Assembly: GCA_037447605.1 (NCBI GenBank)
Contig: CM074823.1
Coordinates: 744,001-808,000, forward strand
Direction of reading: 5' to 3'
Length of the DNA stretch: 64,000 nt
From: Zygnema circumcarinatum SAG 698-1b
Lineage: Eukaryota > Plantae > Zygnematophyceae
The number at the start of each line of letters is the position of its first letter. Within the stretch, counting starts at the first letter, position 1. The position numbers were made by a program, and so were the translations under genes. Shown here one piece after another: positions 38,522 to 49,900 of the stretch. The notes below the pieces were generated by a model. It was not told where the DNA came from, searched no databases, and saw nothing but the letters and a program-made list of their open reading frames with translations.

Positions 38522-38910
38522 GAGGATCATTTTGACCGTTGGATGCCGCGCTTGTAAGAGGTTCATCGTGATCGTTGGATGCCGCAGTGCAAGAGGATCA
38601 TTTTGACCGTTGGATGCCACGCTTGTTAGAGGTTCATCGTGATCGTTGGATTCCGCAGTGCAAGAGGATCATCCTGACCGTTGGATGCTGCATTGTAAGA
38701 CGTTCATTGTGACCGTTGGATGCCGCAAGTGCAAGAGGATCCTCCTGACCGTTGGATGTCGTCGTTGTAAGAGGTTCATCGTGACCGTTGGATGCCGCAC
38801 GTGCACGAGGATCATCGTGACCGTTGGGTGCCGCACTTGCACGAGGGCCATCCTGGCCGTTGGATACCTCAATTGCAAAGGGATCATCTTAACCGTTGGA
38901 TGCCGCACTT
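38522..38910. repeat. 35/36-bp minisatellite, 11 units, each carrying an MSA-like TCCAACGGTCA site (minus strand)
   Basis: Unit consensus GAGGWTCATYSTGACCGTTGGATGCCGCACKTGYAA. Cores at 38533, 38569, 38604, 38640, 38675, 38710, 38746, 38782, 38818, 38854 and 38890; 9 of 11 keep AACGG. Confidence 0.9.
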
Positions 38911-39348
38911 GCCGGGAGAGGGATGTGAAGGCACACTTCCAGAATTTCTAGGAGAAAAACAATCGCTTTTTTTTGCAAAATTGGACTTTGTCTTCTGCTC
39001 AGTATACCGCGGAGTGAGATAAATTCGACGGAGGAACCTAAAAAATTCATATTGAATAATTGTACCGTTTTTTATTCACTCAATTTTTTCCCTACAATCT
39101 ACAATTTGGCAGCAAAAACGTCTCTTTTGTCCTCAACAAATGCTTTAATTCGAAATGAATACACTGCAAGGCAAGCCTACATGGAACAGCGACTATCCCT
39201 CCGTAAAACTGAACGTGGCAAAACCATAGAAACCCTAAACCCGAAACCCCTCCAAAGAGCACTTCTTTACCTAAGGCCGCTCCTAGACCCCATTTGTACC
39301 GAAATGTGCAAAATCACAGAAACGCGGAAAATCCCAACTTTGGTCCAA

Positions 39349-42300
39349 TCACGGCTCGGGATTCAAAAGTTGTTTTACAGTTTGGGCTGACGTGGACTGC
39401 AGCATCGCCAAAAAGGCTCGCGAAGTATCGATTTTGTATTCCTCCAATGGGTCAACGCGACCGTACGACCGTACGTTGACCTGCCCGTAAATAACGGGCA
39501 GCAAAAACAGGGGAGAAAATTAAAAAAGTTGGGTGGCAGAATAACGGCAAAAGACTCAAGTTTGAGGCATGAGGGAGGTAGAGGGAGAGAGAGGGGGGAA
39601 GTGGTAGGAAGCGGAAGATAGTGGGAGAGAGAGAGAGAGGGAGAGGGAGAGAGTGAAAGTGGGAGGTCGAGGGAGAGAGGGGAAGTGGTAGGAAAAGGGA
39701 GATAGAGGGAAAGAGAGGGAGAGGGAGAGGGTGAGAGAGAGGAAGTGGGAGGTAGAGACAGAGAGGGAAAGTGGGAGGGCGAGGGAGATGGAGGGAGAAC
39801 GAGAGAGGGAAAGTGGGAGGTAGAGGGGGAGAGAGGGGAATTGGTAGGAAGAGGGAGAGGGAGGAAGAGGGAGAGAGGGAAAATGGGAGGTTGAGGGAAA
39901 GAGGGAAAGTGGGAGGTAGAGGGAGAGAGAGGGGAAGTGGGAGGACGAGAAAGAGGGAGGAAGAGCGAGTGAGAGGGAAAATGGGAGGTAGAGGGAGCGG
40001 AGAAGTGGGAGGGCGAAGGAGAGAGGGAGAGGGAGACAGGGAGGGAGAGGGAGAGGGAGAGAGAGGGGAAGTGGGAGGGCGAGGAAGAGGGAGGCAGAGG
40101 GAGAGCGAGGTAGGGAGAGGGAGAGAGAGGGAGGGAGAGGGAGAGAGAGAGAGTAGAGTGTGGGAAGAGGTGAGGAGAGAGGGATGGGGGGAGCGTGGGA
40201 GAGAAAGAGAGAGAGCGACTGAGTTTTACAGCTTTAAAATTCTAAGGAAAGTGGAAGCGAGAGAAAGAGACCCCATGCCGCTAAACATCATATACAAAAT
40301 CGGAAAAAAAATAAAAGTAATAGAAAAGTACAATCGAGGTATTTGAGATAAGATCATTTACTTCTTTCATAAAACCTAAGAAAAATAAAAAAAATTACAA
40401 AAAAGGACATGGAGTCGGCGCGTACCCCCGACATGAGGTCCTGCATCGTCTTCAAATGGCGCTGCCAATTTTTGTCCAAAATTTTGAGAGCGATTCGCCG
40501 CTGCACCCAACGGATTTCCCAACGGTGAGCGCATGGAACACCCATCGAACTGCAAACTCAACCGCCAATAACCGTCAACAGCCAACCGTCAACTGCCAAT
40601 AACCGTCAATTGCCAACCGTCAACTGCCAACCGTCAACTGCCAACCGTCAACTGTCACTCACTTCTCTGTTGGAAGATTTCGGGCTGCCCGAGCCGTGCC
40701 TTTGGGCCCGCCCCAATAGTTCCTCATAACAAGAAATAATTTCCGCACCCAAAATTAGACTTAATTTCGATATTTCTCTCCATCTTGGGCCCTTCCTGCG
40801 GACATTCAAATTCCCGTTTTTAATTACTTGAAAAAAGAGAGTCAAGAAAACGAGAGAAAATAAATATACTGAAGGGACGAGAGAGAGAGAAAGAGGTAAC
40901 AGTAGTAACTTTAGGCAGTTTTGACTGAATTTGAATTGAAATAATTTTAGTTTTAATTTCTATTCCGACTAATTCCATGTAAGCGATTTTACTTTCAAAC
41001 TTGAAGAAACATGAAAACTGCATTACCCCAACCAAAAAAAAATGAAAAAAAATCAAAGAAAAGGTAGAAAAAAAAAAGGGTTGGGGGGAAGAAAAGGCGA
41101 ATTCCGTACCGTTGAATAGAACTCAAATTTAGCGAAATATTTTGTCGATTTATCGAATTTTGAAGACCGCGAGACTGAACGTAAAACCCTAATTTTTGGA
41201 CTCCATCTCCGTAAAGTGCAGCTCGTAAATCATCTTCTTCTACTCCATTGAATAAAGCTGAAAAAAAAAAAAAGGGGAAAAAAGGGAAAAGAGGAAAGGG
41301 ACCACATGAGTGGAAGGACGACAAAATAAACACAATCAAAAGATTTTTTTTCCAACTAAAAAAAACATCCGGCAAGGCATTCATTTTATTCTCAAGCTTG
41401 TCTAAAAAATCGATTTTTTCAGGGTTTTAGAGATTTCAAGATTTGCGATTTTCTACAAAAGAAAATTAGGGCGCCAATTCGGAACATTAAACCTCGTTGG
41501 GGATCCAAATTATTGGGGGTATTCGCGGCATTTAGGATTTTTAGGATTTTTAGGGTTTTTAGGGTTTTTAGGGTCTTTAGGGTTTGTAGGGTTTGTAAAG
41601 TTTGTAGGGTTTTGGGTTCCAGGAGTTCTCTTAGGCCTTTTAGGATCTCTTAGGGCCTGTAGGCTCTGCAGGGCTCTGGTGGTGTGCTCTGTAGGCCTTT
41701 TAGGTCCTTAGGTTTCAGGCCTTTTAGGGTTTTTCGGTTCCGAAAGACGCCTGCCGGGGTGCGTTCTTCAAGAGGAGCGGCGGAGGGACCGAACGTCCTC
41801 CAAAACGGCCGCCAGCCGCCACTCTCGCACGGGCTGGGAGGAAGAGAGGGAGAGGGAGGAGGAAGGAGGGAGAGGAGGAGGAGGAGGAGAGGAGAGGAGA
41901 GGGAGAGGGAGAGGGAGGGAGAGGGAGAGGGAGGAGGAGGAGGGAGAGGGAGAGGGAGAGGTGAGGAGGAGTGAGGGAGGAGGGAGGGGAGGGAGAGGGA
42001 GAGGAGAGGGAGGAGTGGAGAGGGAGAGGGAGAGGAGCNNNNNNNNNNNNNNNNNNNNNNNNNNNNNNNNNNNNNNNNNNNNNNNNNNNNNNNNNNNNNN
42101 NNNNNNNNNNNNNNNNNNNNNNNNNNNNNNNNNNNNNNACCTTCTCTCACTCCCATCCACTCCACCTCGCTCTCTCACTCCCACCCACTCTACCTCTCTC
42201 TCTCTCACTCCCTTTCTCTCTCCCTCCCTCCCACCCACTCTACCTCTCTCTCTCACTCCCATCCACTCCACCTCGCTCTCTCACTCCCACCCACTCTACC

Positions 42301-43102
42301 TCTCTCTCTCACTCCCTCCCTTTCTTCCTCTCACATTCGCTATTTCCTGTAAAGAAAACTTGGAACAAATGCAAGAAAATGTTTATCTAAATAGTGTGAC
42401 AGCCGTCACACCTGAGAATGAATTTCGTCAAAGTCGGATCTCCCTCCCGCCTGCACAGCCTGGGAAACACCAGAGATGTAGAGGGAGGGAGAGGATAGGG
42501 GAGAGAGAGAGGAGAGGGACGAGTGAGAAGACAGGAGAGGGAGAGAGGAAGCGGGTAAGGACAGTGAGGGGGAGAGAGAGAACAGAAGGAGGATCAAAAA
42601 ACAGCAAAAGAGAGAGCAAAAAGAAGAGACAAGAGGAAGAAGAAGAGAGTAAATGTAGAGGAAGAACAAGAAGGGATATGAAGCAGCAATAAAGGATAGA
42701 GAGAGATGTGAATGATGAAGCAAAGAAGGGAGAGACAGAGAGCAGAAAGAGAGATAGAATGGGAGAGAAAAAGAGAAAGAGAGAGAGAGAGATTTTGAAA
42801 GAAAGCGGGAGATAGAAAGGAATCGTGCGCTGCAGAGAGAAAGAGAAGACAGAGACAGCAAAACAGGATAGAAAAAGAGCGAGAGAGGGAGCGAGAGAAC
42901 GAGAGAGAGAGAGCGACAGGGAGAGAGCGAGAGAGAGAACGAGAGAGAGAGAGAGAGAAAGAGAATGACAGAGACAGCAAAACAGGATAGAAAAAGAGCG
43001 AGAGAGAGAGCGAGAGAACGAGAGAGAGAGAGCGAGAGAGAGAGCGAGAGAGAGAGAGAACAAGACAGAGAGAACAAGACAGAGAGAAAAGAGAGAGAGA
43101 GG

Positions 43103-43133
<31 letters not shown>

Positions 43134-43851
43134 CCCCTCTCACCTGGTCATCATTCCTCCTTGCCTCCTGCAGCTCCGTACCGACCACGTGCAGGCCTCC
43201 CGCCTCCCTCACTCTCTCCGCATCTCTCTCGCACGTGTGAGCGCACTCGCGCAGGGCTGACACGTGGGCCCTTTTCAAACGGACCTTTAAAAGCGCGTCC
43301 CAATTCTCTTCTTCACTTTGAAATAAATTTTGGAAAATTTTTGCCATCCGGGCAGCCTCCGAGAAGCCGCAAAAGGTTTCGGAAAATTTGGTCAAAAGTT
43401 GTAACTGGAGGGAGTAAAATTTTTGAGTGATTTCTAGTATCGAATTGAGGTTGTATTCGTCGTCGAAAATTTTCTGGTCTGATTTTTGGTCGTTCTGTTC
43501 TTCCGCCGCTTCTTGTATCATCTCTTCCAGCTCCTTTGAACTCCATTGTTTATTACAAATTTGGGCCATTAAGCCTGCAAAATAAGGCTTCAAAAAAATT
43601 AAAAAAAAAATTAGGGTTTTCCAGGAGTGGGAGGATTTCAGTCCCGTTTCTTTCAGTCTATCCTTTCAGTAAATTTATTTTTTATTTTTCAAATTACTAC
43701 ATAACTGTGAATTTCCATGTAAGTTCCGTCTCACCCAAAAGCTCGGCGGCCGTTTTCATGGCCTCCTCCGTTCCGTGCGAAATTGGAATATTTGACGATG
43801 AAAATGCCTTCAGCCAATTAAAAAGGAACAGTTAATACACCTTCTTCGCCC

Positions 43852-43946
<95 letters not shown>

Positions 43947-46900
43947 ATCCAAGTAGGCAGGGAGGAAAGGAGGGAAGGTGCGGGCGACAGTCAAGGGCGT
44001 CTGAAAGTGAGAGCGCAAGGGGAAGAGAGAGAGAGAGTGACAGAAGAATAGAGCGAGAAGAAGAAAGAGAGGGAGAGGAACCGAAAATGCAGGAAATGAA
44101 ATAGGAGGTGGCAGGGAAAGGGAAGGAAGACGCCTCCATCATATTCTCTCTTTCTTGTTTTCAAGGGAAGACTACACTGGTCTTCACGTTCTCTCCCTCT
44201 CTCGCTCTCTCTCTTACAAGATAGAAACGAAGGTGAGAGACTATACTCCTTCCCAAAAAAAAAAAAAAAAGGTAGAACCAGAAAGCTCACCTCTCTCCCT
44301 CACCCCCTCCCCCCTCCCAGCCCCTCCATTCACAGAACTCTCTGTGTGATTTGCCCCTTTAAATCTCCCACTCGCTCCCTTCTCCTCTCCCTCCCTCCGT
44401 CCCACTCTTTCTCCTGACTACTAGCCTCTCCAGTTTGTACTCCCCCTCCACCACCCCTCATTCCCCTCACATTCAATCTACCCCTCCCGGCTCCACTCTC
44501 TCTCCTCCAACCCGTTCCCATTCATTCTCCCACTCTTCCTCCCTCTCCCTCGTCCTCTCTGTCTCTCTCTCACTCACACACACGCACTAGAATGAGAGGG
44601 CTATCCAGTAAAACTCACAGGAGGAGGTCGCCCTTCCGAGTTCCTGCTAAGCGCTGCCTGTAGAGCTTCCAGGAGTAGCCCGCGGGCCAACATCTGGAGG
44701 GATGGAGGGAGAGGAAGGGAGAGAGTGAGGGGGAGAGGGAGAGGGAGAGAGTGAGGGGGCGAGAGAGAGAGGGAGAGAGTGAGGGGGAGAGAAAGAGGGC
44801 GAGGGAGACAGAAAGGAGTAAGTCGACAGCGAAAGTGAAAGAGTGGAAGAAGAGGGAGAAAGGGAAAAACGGGAGAGAGAGAAGGAGAGAAAGGAGGGTA
44901 AGAGTCCATTCTATCAACTCAAAGATTGAAAAAGGCTCCGGATAGTGTAAGGGAAAAAGAAGGGAAGGAAAGAGGGAAAGAGAGTGGCGCAGAGAGAGGA
45001 AGGGGGAAGGGTAGAAGGACGAAATATGGAGAAGCGGAAGTTGGGGAGAACGAGAGGAGAAGGGGAGAAGACTAAGAGGAGACCATGCAGGAAAGAAACA
45101 GGAAGGGAGAACAGCAAGGGGGTGGGACGAGAGAGAGGGAAAAATCGAAAGATTGAGAGAAAATGAAATAGAGAGAGTGGTGTCCCTCCCTCGCTCCCTC
45201 CCCTCCCGTCCCTCCCCTCCCCCTCCCTTCCCCTCCGCCTCCCTCCCCCTCCCACTCTCTCCCTCCCTGTCTCTCCCTTCCCGCCCGTTCCTCCCCTCCC
45301 TCCCTCCCGTTCCTCTCCTCCCTCCCCTCCCTCCCCTCCCTCCCCTCTCTCCCTTCNNNNNNNNNNGGAGAGGGAGAGGGAGAGGGAGAGGGAGAGAGGG
45401 AAAAGGAGAGGGAGAGGAGAGAGAGAGAGAGCGAAAAGGAGAGAGAGGGAGGGAGTGGGGGAGAGGGAGTGGGAGAGAGAGTGCGAGCGCGAGGGAGAGG
45501 GAGAGGGAGAGGGGGAAGGCGAGAGTGAGGGAGAAAGGGACACGGAGAGAGAGCGGAAGAGGGGGAGTGAGAGTGAGAGTGTGGGTGAGAGGGAGAGGGA
45601 GAGAAAAAGGGAGAGGGAGAGGGAGAGTGATTTGGGGGGAGAGAGAGAAAAGACAGATGAGAAGAGAGAGAGAACCTCTCTAAGTGACTATGTGTAGAGC
45701 GAGGGAGTTTTGAATTTTGAGCATAGAAACAGCCTCAGTTTGAACCTCCCTAAGTCAATAGACTGTTTCCCTAGAGAGATTTTGCCGTACACAATACCAT
45801 GACTAACTAATTTGACTAACAGGAGGGGTTTTCCTGTACCTGGATGTTCCGATGAGAACAGGACGATTTTTTTTTGTTTTAGCATGAACCTCCTCTGCGA
45901 CTGCGTGCCATTTATGATGCATAGTCTGCACCCCAAATTTGCACCTTTTGTTAGGGTTCAAGGTATGAGGGTTTGAGATCTTAGGGTTTGAGGTATTAGG
46001 GTGGGTTTGAAGTAGTAGGATTTGAGTTTTAGAAGGTGAAAGGCTTCAAGGGTTTAGTAGGGTATTTGTTGGTCCTTTATGGTTTTTTTTTTGGGACTTT
46101 ATTTGGTTTTTCTAGGGTTTTTTCGGGCCCTTCTTTAGGTTTGGTGAAGTCCCATCTTTTGTATTCTTTAGAGGTCCTGTGCTTCTTTGTTTGCAGGGTT
46201 TCATCAGATAAAAAAAAAAAAAGTAATATATATATATCAAATATCATTGAAAAATCGAGATCAGAAAAACCCATACATGAAGGTGTGATGCCTCTCTTTT
46301 GAAAAAAAAATTATATATATTTTAAAATAAAAAAAATTGAAATTTACCGGGTAAATAACTGCCGGCTCGTCGACCCTCCTCGCCGGCCGGTTCGTGGGTA
46401 CGACCACAACGGGCATGCCCAGACCGTCCATGAACTCCGCCTCCTGCAACGGTTCCATGGGGGGGCTTCAGTTACAGTTTCAGTCAGATGCAGTTACGGA
46501 TTAAGTTGACTGCAGTTACGGAAGGTTCCATGGGGGGGGGGCTTCAGTTTCAAGGGGTTCAGTTACAGTTTCAGTCAGCTGCAGTTACGGATTCAGTTGA
46601 CTGCAGTTACGGAAGGTTCCTTGGGGGGGGGGTTTTCAGTCAGCTGCAGTTACGGACTCAATTGATTGCAGTTACGGAATCGGTCACCACAGGCGCAATT
46701 TCAGTTAACAACAGTTTCAGTTTCTGTGAACGGTAGTTGCAGTCCCGGTCGACTGCAGTTAGGGTTGCAGTCAGCTAGCTGCAGGCACACTTCAAGTCAA
46801 CTGCAGTAACGGTTTCAGTCGCCTGCAGTGACCGTTCCAGACAACTGCAGTGGCGGTTTCAGTCGATCGCAGTGGTTCCAATCAAACTTCAGCGACGGTT

Positions 46901-49900
46901 GCAGTCGACCGCCGTGACGGTTTCAGTCGACCGCAGTCTCAGTCGATCGCAGTGACGGTTTCAGTCGACCGCAATATTGGTTCCAGTCAACTACAGCGAC
47001 GGTTGCAGTCAACCGCAGTGACGGTTTCAGTCGACCGCAGTGACGGTTTCAGTCGATCGCAATGACGGTTCCAGTCGATTGCAATAATGGTTCCAGTCAA
47101 GCAGCGACGGTTGCAGTAGACCGCAGTGACGGTTTCAGTCGACCGCAGTGACTGTTTCAGTTGGGAGGGTCGGGCCAGTGAGAGTGCCTCCGTTTTGGCG
47201 GTTCCGGTCATTCCGCAGCGCTTCGCGTAGAGCCGCACGAGGCCCTTCCAGGGGACCTTCGCCACCACGCTCTGACTCGCCTGCACGCGCTCAGGGAGAG
47301 AGAGGAGGGAGGGGGGAGAGGGAAGAGAGAGAGGGGGGGGGGAGGGAGAGGCAGGGAGGAGAAAGTGGGTGGGAGAAGAGTGAGAGGGAGCAGAGAGAGA
47401 GGGCAGAAAGGGAGGGAAGAGAGAGAGGGCGGAGAGAGATGGAGGGGGGGGGAGAGGGATAAAAGAAAGGGAGGGAGGGAGGGAGGAGAACGTGGGTGGG
47501 AGAAGAGTGAGAGAAAGCAGAGAGAGGGCCGAAAGGGAGGGAAGAGGGAGAGGGCGGAGAGAGATGGAGGGGGGGGGAGACGGAAGAAAGAAAGGGAGGG
47601 AGGAGGGAGGAGAATCTGGGTGGGAGAAGAGTGAGAGGGAGCAGAGAGAGGGCCGAAAGGGAGGGAAGAGAGAAAGGGCGGAGAGAGGTGGAGGGTGGGG
47701 GGGGAGGGAAGAGAGAAAGGGAGGGAGGGAGGGAGGAGAAAGTGGGTGGGAGAAGAGTGAGAGGGAGCAGAGATACGGGAGGGAAGAGAGAGAGGGCGGA
47801 GAGAGATGGAGGGGGGGGAGAGGGAAGAGAGAAAGGGAGGGAGGGAGGGAGGAGAAAGTGGGTGGGAGAAGAGTGAGAGGGAGCAGAGAGAGGGCCGAAA
47901 GGGAGGGAAGAGGGAGAGGGCGGAGAGAGATGGAGGGGGGGGGAGACGGAAGAAAGAAAGGGAGGGAGGGAGGGAGGAGAATCTGGGTGGGAGAAGAGTG
48001 AGAGGGAGCAGAGAGAGGGCCGAAAGGGAGGGAAGAGAGAAAGGGCGGAGAAAGGGGGGGGGGGAGGGAAGAGAGAAAGGGAGGGAGGGAGGAGGAGAAA
48101 GTGGGTGGGAGAAGAGTGAGAGGGAGCAGGGAGCAGAGAGAGGGAAAGGGAGGGAAGAGAGAGAGGGCGGAGAGAGATGGAGGGGGGGGGAGAGGGATAA
48201 GAGAAAGGGAGGGAGGGAGGGAGGAGAAAGTGGGTGGGAGAAGAGTGAGAGAAAGCAGAGAGAGGGCCGAAAGGGAGGGAAGAGGGAGAGGGCGGAGAGA
48301 GATGGAGGGGGGGGGAGAGGGAAGAGAGAAAGGGAGGGAGGGAGGGAGGAGAAAGTGGGTGGGAGAAGAGTGAGAGGGAGCAGAGAGAGGGCAGAAAGGG
48401 AGGGAAGAGAGAGAGGGCGGAGAGAGATGGAGGGGGGGAGGGAAGAAAAGAAATGGAGGGAGGAGGGAGGAGGACGTGGTGGGGAGAAGAGTGGAGAGGG
48501 AGCAGAGAGAGTGGGGCAGGAAAAAGGAGGGAAGAGAGAGAGGCGAGAGATGTGGAGGGGGGGGAGAGGGAAGAGAGAAAGGGAGGGAGGGAGGAGAAAG
48601 TGGGTGGGAGAAGAGTGAGAGGGAGCAGAGAGAGGGCAGAAAGGGAGGGAAGAGAGAAAGGGCGGAGAGAGATGGAGGGGGGGGGAGAGGGAAGAGAGAA
48701 AGGGAGAGAGGGAGGGAGGAGAAAGTGGGTGGGCGAGAGAGAGAGAGAGGAGAGGGAGGTAGGAGAGAGAGGGAGGAGAGAGGGGGAGGGAGAGTGAGGG
48801 CAGAGAGGAAAGAGGGAGGGAGGGAGGGAGGGAGGGAGGAGAAAGTAGGTGGGAGAAGGGACAGGGAGGAGGAGAGAGACGAAAGGGGAGGTAGTGGAAG
48901 GGAGAAACGAAAGGTGCAAGAGGAAAGAGGGGGCGAGGCGAGAGAAGAAGGGAGGAGAGAGGGAGGGAGAAGTGGGAGGGAGGGGAGAGAGAGGAGAGTC
49001 AAGGAGAGACGAGAAGAGGAAAAGAAGTAGAGAGGACAGTGATGAAAGAGGTGAGCGACGAGAGAGGAAGGAGAGGGAAGCGAGAGGCGAGGGAGGGAGG
49101 GAGGGATGATGCATAGCAGATGCAGTTCCCACAGCAGATGCATATGGATGCCTGTTCACTCTGCATTTTATCTGCCTCTCTCTCCCTCTCTCTCTCTCTG
49201 CCTCTCTCTCTCCCCCACCCTCACCCACCATAGTTTCTTTCCTCGAACAGAACAGAACAGAAGAGAACAGAACAGCCCTCACCCTCTCCCTCTCCCTCTC
49301 TCTCGTCCGCTTCCTTTCCTCTCTTCCTCCCCACTCTCTCCCCCTCCAATCGCCCCTCTCCCTCTCTCCTCCAACTCTCTCTCTACATCTCCATCTGCTT
49401 TTCTCGTCCTCTCTCCCCCTCCCCTCCCTCCTCCCACTCCTTCTGCAGAAGCGGGAGACTCTCTCCATTAGCAGAATTTGGGAGAAGAGGAGCGCCATCA
49501 ACCAATGGGAGACCTTCACTGAACTCACCATCTGAATGAACATGCATGTGATGCTCTTCTTTTTTATCCTCCTTGTTTGTTTTTTACCCAGAAATACCCA
49601 AACGTCAGAACAGAAACGGACTCGGGAACGGACACGGACACGGAAACAGAACAGAAACGGGAACGGAAACGGAAACGGAAACAGAACAGAAGCGGAAATG
49701 GACACGGAAACGGAAACGGAAACAGAACAGAAACGGAACAGACACGGAAACGGACACGGAAACAGAACTGAAACGGAACGGAAACGGAAACGGACACGGA
49801 AACGGAAAGGACACGGAAACGGACACGGAAACAGAACAGAGACGTAACGGACACGGAAACGGATACGGAAACAGAACAGAAACGGAACGGACACGGAACG

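Noticed and set aside
38522-38910. CRISPR-like array
   Set aside because: Units are contiguous with no unique spacers, there are no cas genes, and the context is eukaryotic.
38646-38951. Cys-rich 12-aa repeat protein (TVGCRxCxR)
   Set aside because: Several early units are 35 bp and break the frame, there is no convincing ATG or splice context, and all frames give repeats; a non-coding minisatellite is the simpler reading.
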